Of a stretch of DNA of 64,000 nucleotides, positions 44,860-56,848 are shown piece after piece (the stretch's first letter is position 1; the number at the start of each line of letters is the position of its first letter). Position numbers and translations under genes: made by a program. Location of the stretch: the NCBI GenBank assembly GCA_028534125.1, contig CM052823.1:1922001-1986000 (forward strand). The letters run 5' to 3'. The stretch is from Lama glama. Taxonomy: Eukaryota. Below the pieces are notes generated by a model. The model was not told the DNA's origin. It saw nothing but the letters and a program-made list of their open reading frames with translations, and ran no database searches.

Positions 44860-45522
44860 TGCTTACGATTTTTTTTACCAAGAGTAAGATGTTGTGGGGT
44901 TTTTTGTTTTTTGGGTTTGTATGTGTGTGCACCAAATTTACCAGTTTTTTCTTTTTGAGTCATAGGGAGATATTCCTAAGTCCCCAGTTGTTCACGTTCA
45001 CCCATGTTTTCTTTGAATATTTATGTTTCATTTTAAAATTTCAAATCACTAGTGCATTTGGAATTTGCTGTGAGGTGCAGGTTGAGGAGTGGGCCCTGTT
45101 TTGTCTCTTCCCCGCGGCTGGGTCGCTGTCCAGCACCAGTTGTTGGAACGTCCCCCTCGCTGCTGATTTCAGACATGACTCTCCCCACACGTGAGGTCGC
45201 CTTGGGCGCTGGGAGTGTTTCTGGATTTCCCTCCTTGTTTATTGTTCAGGGGCAGGAACCACCTGAATCTAATTAAGAGTCTCTAGTGAGTCTGTTTTAC
45301 TGTCTGCTGGGTCTCCCCCGCCGCCAGCCCCTCATTTTTCAAGCTTCCTGAGAGAGATTGCATTGGTTACTCTCCCAAGTGTCCAGCTTTGGGGAAAAGT
45401 CCGACAGTTGATTGCTGGAATCACATTAACTGTATCAGTTCACTTATGGAGAACGCTGTCTGTGTAACACGGAATCTTCCCATCTGAGCATGAGACAGTC
45501 TTACATCTTTCACCTGGACTAG

Positions 45523-45636
<114 letters not shown>

Positions 45637-46359
45637 TGAAAGTGTCGGTGAACTTAAGATAAAAGTAGTGTAATGTGGTTTGACTACCTGTGGGGCCACA
45701 GACACACCAGTGACATCGGACAGTTTAGTCTCAGTTGTGCTGACCCTGTAATTGACCAGGGGTGTACAGTGTGTAATAAGGTTAGAAACAGTGTAAAGTG
45801 TTTGAAATGTTCCCAGACTAGCTTCCTCAAATTAAGTGGGAATTAAAGTGCTCGGCATCTCCGGACGAAACCTATGCTGGTGTCTGCCTGTATAGTGACT
45901 ATTTCAGGCAACTTTTAAATACAAAATAGAAATTCTTACAGTGTAGCAAATGAAGAATGAGTGGTCGTGTTACTGTTTCGGTGACGTGTGTCTGGCTGTA
46001 CAGTTCCATCTTGCTGATGGGTGGGGAAAGGAGGTTTGGAAGAACAGTCCGGCCCCAGGTCCATTGCTGCAGTCCTGGTGTTGGAGTTCAGTGCTTCTGG
46101 TCAGGAAGTGAGTGACCAGAGCGGGCGCCCCAGCCCAGGAAGCAGCTGCTGAGTGCTCAGTGCCTCCCACTTCCTGCTTTTGGACATTGCGAGTTCTTGA
46201 AGTCACTTGTCGGGACAGGACAGTCTCTCCCTCTTTTTCCGAAACTATAGGGTAGACCCTTACCAGCAACCCCTGAAGCAAGCCAGAAAGTAAAATGATG
46301 AAAGCAGGTCTCATTAATGGGACTTCCCGCGTTTCTCATTGCTTTTGTTGGTTTTCTAA

Positions 46360-47250
46360 CCTTTTGTTAGAAAATCTTAAACCTGCAGGAAAGTTGAAAG
46401 AATAATACAGTGAACATCGTGCATCTCGCCTGGTGTGGTACTGTACGCTCTCTCCTTCCCTCCCTGCACACACAGGCTTCCCCCCGAACTGTCTGGACGT
46501 GAGTTGCAGGTATCCGTGGCCCCTAACACACTGAATTCTCAGTGCTTATTTCCTGAGACCAAGGACGTCCTCCTCCACTGCCAGTGACGTCATCGCGTAG
46601 AGGACGTTTGTGCTGTCACCTTAGCGCCGCCCACGGCTGCTTTCCCTCCAGTTCCGCAGCCAGAGCTCGTGAGCTGCGTTAGTTGTCCTGTTTCTTTGGT
46701 CTCCTTTAATCTGGAGCTGCGCCCTCATCTGCCCCCCGCCCTTTTTGTGACAGTGACGTTTTTGTAGTGTCCGACCAGTGGTCTTGTAGACCGTCCTTCA
46801 CTCTCCCTCTTGATTAGATGTGGGCTGGGTGTTTTTGACGTGAAGCCTGTGGAGGAGATGGTGGTGTGCTCTCCCTGAGAGCAGAGGTCAGCTTGCTCAG
46901 CATCGGGGATGCTAAGCTTGATCGTCAGGTGGAAGTGGTGTCTGCCAGGCCTTGTCGGCCGTGCCCTGGGTGTCTGTGCACCAAGCAGCCTCTGCCAGTG
47001 GGTTAGCGTCCGTCAGCAGTCTTCGCCTAGATCAGTTATGACAGAATCCAAATAGATTTGTATTGCTCGCTCCCATTTGGGTACATCTGTTTACATCAGC
47101 CTGTCAGGGTGGTTTTTTATCAGATTTGTGAGGCTTGTCTTTTTCCTGAAGTCCCCGGTTTTTAAGAAGCAAATCCACGTAACCGTTCGTGCACACCGTT
47201 CTTTCACAAGCCTGGTGCTGCTCGAGCCTCCTGCCTTTCTCTGGCGCTGC
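46360..47250 (-). mobile_element. L1MC-like 3' end fragment
   Basis: aaaatcttaaacctgcaggaaagttgaaagaataatacagtgaacatc; ggtctcctttaatctggag; ends approximate. Confidence 0.55.
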
Positions 47251-47734
47251 GGTGAGACGCCATTGTGCTGGGGCTGAGCCAGAGACACTCAGTTGTTAAC
47301 AGGATGGAGGTGGCTAGGAAAGCAGTGACTTTCCTGTAAAATTGGTGGACAGAGTAGCATCTGTAGCAGCTCAGACCTTCCGTCACCCTGGACCCTGCCA
47401 GCAGAGCAGTTTCAGCAACGAGGTGACGGTCTTTGTAGCCAGCACTCCTGCTGTCTTGATGCTTGATTTAAATCCCTCTTGACCCCGAGATGTAAGTTGG
47501 AAGGGCATTTACTGACAGAAAGAAAAAACCCTGGGTCAGAGTCTGAGTGTGTTAGGAGGATTTCCAGCCTCGAGAATCACCTTACAGAAGTTCTGCTCTG
47601 CTTTCCCTGTGGTAAGCGTGTTGTTTATACTAGAAGTGTTTGCCAGATCGACTGGAACAGTGTATTTTCATGCAGGTTTTTATTGGGTGGGAAGTGATCA
47701 TTTTTGTCCCTCCTGTCTGTCACACCCGATGGAG

Positions 47735-47782
47735 GACTCTGTCTCCTCCTCCACATCCTCTCTGCCAGCCCCTTGGGGAGCA
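47735..47782 (+). CDS. CDC42BPB: candidate alternative cassette exon (48 nt, phase 0) DSVSSSTSSLPAPWGA
   Basis: Pyrimidine tract then ggag|; donor GCA|gtgggt; in frame between TFR and TSS; GAG acceptor is atypical. Confidence 0.45.
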
Positions 47783-48989
47783 GTGGGTCGCTGCCGGCAC
47801 CGGGGCCCCATGCCTCTCACTCACACCAGTAGAGCGGTTTCCTCCTCCTTAACTTGCAGCCTTTTGATTAATTCACCAACTCAGTGAAACTGGTGGGGTT
47901 GCTGCGTGGCTTATGTTAAATTACTTAATACCCTTTTGCCCTTCGTTTATCTGAAGGTGGAGCTCCAACTCGTGTAACTGCCTTATCTGTGGGGCAAGTT
48001 GCTTAGATTTGTAGCCTTGGTAATTAGCAACTTGGTCTGGCTCCCCCTGGTGAGCTTGCTCCCACATCCGAATACTGCGGGACACAGCTGTGCGAGCGTC
48101 TCTGCCTGTGCGCTGCCTGCCTGTCCGGATCTGGCTCCTTACACAGCAACTTCATTAATTCCAACCGTTGAAAAGTGTTTCTCTGATTTGGCCCATTGGG
48201 ATTTCGATGTAGCGCACAAGATACAGCTATAAACTGCGGCTGTAGGCACCCACCCAGCTCCTCCGTGTCCCAGGGCGCTGTTCCCTCACGGTCTTGTTTA
48301 CAAAGCGTATGTGAATCTGTGTAAATAGCGACTGCTGGTGATGAGATACTAGATTCAGGAACACTCGTGAAAATGAGGTCATTTTTAGGTGGCTTTTGAA
48401 TGTAGCTTTAGCTTCCGTTTCAAATCGAGACATTAACTTGGGAATCTTGAGTTATTGGAACAAAGCATTGCTCCCATGTGTCATAAAACTTACAGAGAAA
48501 TCTCTGCTTCTGGCCACAGATACACAGACATTTTCGATGTTAGAGTTTCTTTCTGACGCTGAAATGAGGTCTAGGAGCATGTGACTGTTATATCTTAGAG
48601 ACCCAGGTATAGAGAAAATCACTTCTGAGTGACGTCAGGGGGCCAGCAGTTTGCAGTACCTGCCCTGTAAGTGGAAGGATGGTACGGGCTATAGTTGGGG
48701 ATGGGGACAAATGGTCTCTGGCCTTTGGTGATAACTGTGACCTGTCACAGCCAGCCCTCCCATGCGGTCACCAGCCCAGCCTCAGAATCCCGTGGGCAGT
48801 GGTCTCGGGGAAGGGAGGGCAGCTGAGTGAGGTGGGGTCCGCAGCGGGATGCCACTGGACTAATAACCCATGCTGGGACCCCAGGGCCCCAGTAGAATGT
48901 ACTTTTGAAGTAAAAACATGTAGATAGGGTCTAAGTTCTGCAGAATAAGCTCTTTCATTCCCACCATTTTTCTGCCTTTGTTTTTACAG

Positions 48990-49079
48990 ACCAGCTCAAC
49001 CAGTGAGCAGGAAACGCAGGCTCCAAAGCCAGAGGCGTCCCCTCCGGTCTCTGGGGCGGCGAGCACGGACCAGCAGGAG
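48990..49079 (+). CDS. CDC42BPB: exon 22 (90 nt) TSSTSEQETQAPKPEASPPVSGAASTDQQE
   Basis: tttttacag| ... GAG|gtaaga; ORF 48978..49259. Confidence 0.95.
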
Positions 49080-49404
49080 GTAAGAGTCCTGCCCCGCCCA
49101 CACCCTGGAGCCTGGGTCTGCGCCTGCCACCCCCACCGTCCACGGGCCCCTCAGGTCCCCGAACAGAAGCTGCTCTGCTGCCACACAGCTTGTCGCTCTG
49201 AGCCCAACCCCTGTGTCAGAATTACTGTCGGTATGTCGGCTGGACGAGGGCTGCTCTGATGGCTGTCTGGACGGTGCAGCAGATTAAAGACACAGAACTG
49301 TTCGCTGTTCATAGTCCCAGAGGGAAGGGACTCCCAAGCAGGGTCTGACACGTAGCAGCTGTGCTGAGCCGGGGCAGCACTCATCTGTCCCTGCTTGTCC
49401 CCAG

Positions 49405-49482
49405 GACACGGCGCGGGCCCCTCAGAGGCCACCCCCCGTGCCGCTGCCCGCCACGCAGGCCCTCGCTCTGGCTGGACCGAAG
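49405..49482 (+). CDS. CDC42BPB: exon 23 (78 nt) DTARAPQRPPPVPLPATQALALAGPK
   Basis: gtccccag| ... AAG|gtagga; translated by hand. Confidence 0.93.
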
Positions 49483-50439
49483 GTAGGAACCATGGGGCCT
49501 TCTCAGATTAGACAACTTTTGTGTAAATGAGATGGATTTGGTAATGTTTTGTTCTGAATAGTGTGTGATCCAGAAAGTGTCAGGGCCTTGTGTTCTCTTA
49601 ATTAAGCCAGTGACACCTGAATGCATTTTAATTGGAAAATTTCAGAGTTTAATCTCCCTGCTCCCCTTTCTCCATTCCCCAGAGCATACTTGCTTCTCCA
49701 GGGGCAACCAGTCTGTGTTAAGTGTCTAAGTCCCTCTCCAAATTTATCTCCGTCTGTCTGGCTGTACTTTGAGCCTGAGAGAACCACGTGGTTTATGGTA
49801 ATAAACGAAAATGGAGCCCTGCTGAATGTGCAGCTTCGTACCTTTTCCCGTACATGTGTCTTGGCGAGCTGTGCCCGTCAGTACACGCAGGTCACCGTAG
49901 GTGTCTGGCTGTGGTGGGGCACTAGGCCTCACACTTAGCAGGCGCTGGGCCTTATGTACCAGGTGCTTCCTCTCCTGTAATGGAGATGTGGCCTCTTACG
50001 GTTTCAGCTGCAGACAGCCATACCACCTAGTGATGAGAGACCTGATTTTGCTTGAGACCAACTAAGGACATGGCTTTCGGGCTCAAGGAGTAGACCGCTG
50101 TCTGTCTGGATTTCATGTTGGTCACTCCCTTGTTTCTTACACGTGGCTCCTCCATCTTTGTGTGTCCCTGAAAGGAATCCTTCCATTTGCTACGCTGAGC
50201 TTTGCGGGTGCTGTGCTGTGTAGCCCTCAGCTCACTTCTCCGTTCAGCTTTATGTGTTCCACTGCCTGCAGCGTCCTGCGTCCGTTCTCCCGACAAGGGG
50301 TTGCGGGCCTTTCCAGGCTTTCGCTGTGAAGAACAAACAGCCTGTGGCTCACGTCGGTCTCCTGGTCTCCTGGGCAAGGGCTGCCGTGGCTGGCAGCCTG
50401 TCCCAAAGCGCATCCCCTGCCGGCCCCCAGGGCCTCTAG

Positions 50440-50979
<540 letters not shown>

Positions 50980-51509
50980 TGAGCGCTCAGTAAAGGTTTG
51001 TGCGTTGGAATCCTGAATCCTTGCTGCAGGGACAGTGCACAGCCATGGGGCGGCCAGTTACCTTTTGATGCTTGTGTGTTACGAAGTGTAACGTCCACAG
51101 TCATTCTCCAGGATTAGGGAGAGCAGAGTAAGAAGGACTGTCAGATCCTGTGCTGTCTAGTCATCTGGAGAGAAGCACCGCTGTTTGCATCATGTTCCGT
51201 CATTACTAGCACCTCAGACCTCCGTGTGGTGTCTCTCCCTGTGCGGGGCACCGCGTCACGTTGGGTGGCATGTCCCGTGCAGTTGTGACAGCTGCTTCAT
51301 AGATGAGCAGCCAGCTGAGGTCACGCGATGGGAGGTGACAGGTCTGGGGCTGGTGCCGACCTGAGCACATGCCCTGACTGCTGGTCAGCAGGTCCTATAA
51401 GCCTGTAGGAAAGTTATTCAGTGCCAGAATCCCTGTGCGTTTGTGGGAACGGAGTTCTGCAACTGTTACCTGTTGGGTGTCAGGACTGTTCCGTGATGTG
51501 GGGTCCTGA

Positions 51510-51809
<300 letters not shown>

Positions 51810-52328
51810 TGAAATTGGTGCCTTTGCTGCGTGAAGTGACCCTGGACCCCTCTTCTCCTGGGAACGAAGCCAGGCCCAGGGGTCCTGAGGATCCCACAGA
51901 AACACACTCAGAATCACCCAAGGTCTCTCATCCCCACCCCTGGGCTGATGAACTTAAAGACAAGGTTTCAGAGCCAAGTGCTGTTTGAAGGCTCTGCACC
52001 AGGCTGCCTCTGAGCCTGGCCAGAGCGGCCCACCATGCTCCCTGTCCCCTGTGACCACACCGTCTGCTGCCTCATCTCTGTCACGGCAGCACCCCTGCCG
52101 CAGTGTCCTGAGCCTTCTTGGGTCAGGCACGGCTCTGGTCGCCAGCCTGGGGGACATGAGGGAGCCGTTCCTGGAGAAGTGGGCCAGCCGTGCAGCCGCT
52201 GGGGGGAGACCGGGTGCAGTGGCCACCTCCAAAAAGTCTCCCAGGGTTGCAGCCTCCACTTCCCGCTGCCTGGACGTGCTGCAGCCTGCCTGCCTGGCCT
52301 GGTGAAATGTGGTCACTTTGATCTGCAG

Positions 52329-52468
52329 GTCCCCAAGCCGACCGGAGTGAAGAAAGGGTGGCAGCGGGCCTACGCGGTGGTCTGTGACTGCAAGCTCTTT
52401 CTGTACGACCTGCCCGAGGGCAAGTCCACCCAGCCCGGCGTCGTTGCCAGCCAGGTCTTGGATCTCAG
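52329..52468 (+). CDS. CDC42BPB: exon 26 (140 nt) [46 protein letters not shown](R); PH
   Basis: ctgcag| ... AG|gtgggt; ORF 52035..52529. Confidence 0.97.
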
Positions 52469-53683
52469 GTGGGTGTCTCGTGCGGCCTGCCCTTGCTCCA
52501 GGAGTTTTATTCGACTTGTTTGTCTTTAGTCAGCATGAGAATTCCTTGCTTGGTCGTCTTTACCCTACATGTACCATCACGTCCATGACTGCTGCGCCTG
52601 CCGGGAATGTTCCTGCTGTGAATGTTTTTGTCCGGAAAGATTTGCCAAATAGGCATCAACATAAGCGAACTGCTCAGGAACAAGCAGGAGACGCCGAGAC
52701 GCGCTGCGTGGCCCGCGTGGCCCAGGCTTCTCAGTGCCAGACACGTACTGTCTCCGTGACGCAGGCCTCGGGCCGTGTGTGTGCGGCCACGGCATTTGTG
52801 GAGTGACAGCGTCTCTTAGCACCTCATCTCTGATCTAGGGCCGTCCTTCCACCAACACAAAGACACAGAGCACCTCCCCCTCCCGCGTCCTCCCTGGCTG
52901 ATCTCTCACCCTCTGAAAGGGGTGTGGTAGTGACGTCATTAGGTCAGAGGGTTGTTGGGAAGATTACACAGGCCGTGGACAAGGCGTGCTTAGCACAGAG
53001 CCTCCTTGTCCTGCCCTGTACGGGCATGCCCGTCCCTCTGTCACCCACCCCTGGTGCCACACGGTATGGCACCCGCCCAAGGCTGGGACCCAGCCTGAGC
53101 CTCATTCTCCAGCACTGGTGCCTAGGGGCCACTGAGGGCCACTGTAGGAATGGAGGTGTAGCAGCCTTGCCTCCAGGTGGTTTACACGGGCCAGGGGTGA
53201 ACAGCTGGGCTGTGATTGGAAGAGTACCCCGGTGACCCTGCTCACCCCTCACTGCGCACAGGTGTGTCCCTGGCCCAGCGGTGCGGGCACCCTGGGGCAT
53301 AGCTGCGTTACTCGTCAAGCTCAGGGTTTAGAGCGAATTGGAGATGATTCTGTGATTCTCTCAGCACATTTTATCCCCATTTATAGCCAAGTACAGGCCA
53401 GATCACTGACGTGTATGCTTATAGCTGTGGAACGGTGTGACATGGGGAGCGGACGTCCACTCTCAGACGTCTAGTCATGGACACACGGGATTCGCGTCTT
53501 GGGTGTATTGGCTTTGTCAGTGGAAGCGTTTTCTTGTCCAGGTGGAGGCGAGGAGCCTCCCTTGCATTCTAGAAAATAGCCACGAGAGTGTCCTTTGTCG
53601 CCAGATTTGTACAGAACAGTGGGGGGCAGCGTCCCAGGTGCCAGCCTTTTTCCCAGTGTTCTGCATGTTTTATTTCTTACCAG

Positions 53684-53765
53684 AGACGAAGAGTTCTCTG
53701 TGAGCTCAGTGCTGGCTTCAGACGTCATACATGCTTCACGCCGAGATATTCCGTGTATATTCAGG
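53684..53765 (+). CDS. CDC42BPB: exon 27 (82 nt) [27 protein letters not shown]; PH
   Basis: cttaccag| ... AGG|gtatgt. Confidence 0.97.
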
Positions 53766-54794
53766 GTATGTTTTTTCCCCATTTCTAAGAAACTTTTCAT
53801 TACTCATAAAAAAAAATCCATGTGACTAAAGTAAGATGACTGTTCTGAGCATTTCCTTGTGTTGTACAAGGGGCTGGCACACATCCCGAAGGGCCTCCTA
53901 CTGCCCCACCTTCCTGCTTGCTGCAGGCCACCCCGCCCCACACCCCTCACCCAGGAGCAGAACCTCTCCGCACGCCGCAGGACCCCTCTTGGCGCGTCCC
54001 CACCAGCTCCTTTCCAGGGCCCTGCCTCCCTTTACACCCTCTGACCTCCTCCATCTGTGTCTCGGGGGCTCCAGCACTGCGTGCTTGGTGCTGGAAGCTG
54101 CCTCGGGGCGGTTACGATGGAATGAACCCCACGTCTGCCTCCCTAGGATTTGCTGTATTAACTAGAGCAAAAGAGAGAAAACAGACATTGCTCATGCGCA
54201 GTTCTGTCAGTGGAGGTGCGAGCCCGCCGAGTCAGTCGTACACACTGGCATTAGGAGGCTTCTAGAAGATCGAGGAGCCCCCTCCACTGGCATTTTCATT
54301 AAATACCATGAAATTTTGGTTGACCACAAAACTAAGTCTATGAGCCACTTTTTGTTAACTCTCATCTCTACTGAGAAACTGCGTCTGTATATAATACGGA
54401 AAAGTGTGCCGTTTCATGCCTACAAGATGGTTTCGTAGCAGTGGGAGCCGCCCGCATATCTGGTAAGTGTTCAGGGGCGGCTCGCAGGAAGCGCACGTGG
54501 GCAGAGTGTCTAGTCCCGCCGTGCCTGGACACGTTCCGGCTACAATGAGAGCATCCAGGAGAACAGTATTAAAGTGAACATCACACCACAGCTTCGTCAG
54601 GAGCAGGGCTAACTGAAGTCTGACGAGGAAGTGTCACCTAGGGACCGGGCCCCGCCTGCTCCCGGCCTCTGCGGCAGCTTGGACTGGGCCCCGGTCCCCT
54701 GGATCCCAGTGCCCAGCTCTCCAGGCCGGTGCAGCCGTCGGTTTGGTGTGGTGTAGTGGTCTGACGGCTTCTCTTTGTTTTTTCTGTCGTGAAG

Positions 54795-55011
54795 GTGACG
54801 GCCTCTCTCTTAGATACTCCTTCCAGGACCAGCTCACTGCTCATTCTGACTGAAAATGAGAACGAAAAGAGGAAGTGGGTGGGGATCCTGGAGGGCCTGC
54901 AGTCCATCCTTCACAAGAACCGCCTGAGGAGTCAGGTGGTGCACATTCCGCAGGAGGCCTACGACAGCTCGCTGCCGCTCATCAAGGCCGTCCTGACAGC
55001 CGCCATCGTGG
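54795..55011 (+). CDS. CDC42BPB: exon 28 (217 nt) [36 protein letters not shown]...LTAAIV; PH end and CNH start
   Basis: pyrimidine tract + gtgaag| ... G|gtacgt; ORF 54789..55238. Confidence 0.96.
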
Positions 55012-55155
55012 GTACGTCTCCGGGGTGCGGCGGTGTAAGAGCAGACTCGGGTGGCCCTGCAGCGCGCTGGGGCCACTGCTCTGCTGTCCATTTGCACTTA
55101 GTTTCTCCACGTGTTGAAGAAGCAGATGATCTGTTTCCCTTTGTGCCGTCCGCAG

Positions 55156-55218
55156 ATGGGGAGAGGGTCGCTGTTGGCCTGGAAGAAGGACTCTACACCA
55201 TCGAGGTGACCCGTGACG
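55156..55218 (+). CDS. CDC42BPB: exon 29 (63 nt) (D)[20 protein letters not shown]; CNH
   Basis: ccgcag| ... G|gtgagc. Confidence 0.95.
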
Positions 55219-56251
55219 GTGAGCGCACAGGGGCCTGAGGCCTGCCGGCGCTGCAGATGAGCCCAGGGTCCTTGGCGGGGACTGTCAGGGTCGAGGCCAA
55301 TTCACTGGATGTGTCGGCTAAGTCACCATGTCAGGGATATTTACAAAGAAAGGGAAAGGCAGGGGGCCGAGAAAACGACTCTGCAGCAGATAAGACAGAC
55401 ATGAGGGGGGTCTGTTCATAGCCTGTCCACTGGTCCCTCCACCTGCGGTCACAGCCCCCACCCAGTGGGTCTAGGGCAGCGCAAAGCCCCAGGGCTGAGG
55501 GAGGCGGCTGCTGTGTCTGTTAAGTTCTTCAAGGAGAGGACTGAGCAGGCACTCGGGCAGGGAGAGCTCCCCAGCACAGTCCCTGGATGCACCAAGGCCT
55601 TACCGAAACTTTCCTTCCTTTGCTTCAAATTTGGGCTTTCATTCTTCCCAGCAAGGAAAACCAAACGTCTCCCCGCTTCAGCACCCTGTCGGGGGCTGAG
55701 ACTGGCCCTGGGAGCCCTCCCAAGGACCTGTGGTGGCTGTGTCCCTTCCCGATGAGCCTGGGGTCTCAGCACACTGGTGACGTGGGAGGAGGGTAGCTCA
55801 TGTGGCCTCAGGGTGGCCGCTGCTGATTCAGGGGTAGTCTTCCTCAGGACCCAGACCCAGGTCTCTACTTCAGAGCCCTGGGCAAAGGGCCTGCCCCAGT
55901 TAGGGTGCCAAGGTTATTGGGTGAGTCTGGGAGCCCGGTGAGGGGTGGGTGCTCTCAGTACATTTATCTAAGGATCCAGTGAGGTTGGAGATAGCCCTTT
56001 GTTTCCAAAATGCAACCTGCAGGTTCTTGGGTTCAGGGATGAGCTGGAGCGGGGTGCAGACCCACCCCCCCACCCAGGGCATCGCTGCACTCAGCATCTC
56101 CCAGCCAGGGCCCTGGTGTGGGGGGTAGGGGCAGCGCAGGGAGGTGGAGGTGGAGACAGGGGTGTTGGAACAAAGAGGAGGTTCCTGGTGGGGTGTTAAC
56201 AGGTGCCCTGGGTCTCACTCTCAGCCTCACGCCCCTGCCCCCTTCCTGCAG

Positions 56252-56848
56252 TGATTGTCCGCGTTGCTGACTACAAGAAAGTGTACCAGATCCAGCTTGC
56301 TCCCAAAGAGAAAGTTGCTGTCCTCCTTTGCGGCCGGAACCACCACGTCCATCTCTGTCCGTGGTCCGCCTTTGATGGGGTGGAAAGCAACATTGACATC
56401 AAGCTTCCGGAGACCAAGGGCTGCCAGCTCATAGCGACCGGGACACTGAAGAAGGGCTCCCCCACCTGCCTGTTTGTGGCGGTGAAGCGGCTGGTCCTTT
56501 GCTATGAGGTCCAGAGAACTAAGCCTTTCCACAGGAAGCTCAGTGAGGCTGTGGCCCCGGGCACTGTGCAGTGGATGGCCGTGCTCAAGGACAAGCTCTG
56601 TGTTGGCTACCCTTCCGGGTTCTCTCTGTTGAGCGCCCAGGGAGNNNNNNNNNNNNNNNNNNNNNNNNNNNNNNNNNNNNNNNNNNNNNNNNNNNNNNNN
56701 NNNNNNNNNNNNNNNNNNNNNNNNNNNNNNNNNNNNNNNNNNNNNNNNNNNNNNNNNNNNNNNNNNNNNNNNNNNNNNNNNNNNNNNNNNNNNNNNNNNN
56801 GGTCACGCACGCAGGAGCTCATGTGGCCTGCGGCGCCTGTTGCCTGTA
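56252..56848 (+). CDS. CDC42BPB: exon 30 (597 nt incl. 156 N) (V)[20 protein letters not shown]...SAQG[gap][15 protein letters not shown]; CNH
   Basis: ttcctgcag| ... A|gtatgt; same frame on both sides of the gap (ORF 56203..57078). Confidence 0.9.
56645..56800. other. assembly gap (156 N) inside exon 30
   Basis: run of N. Confidence 1.
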
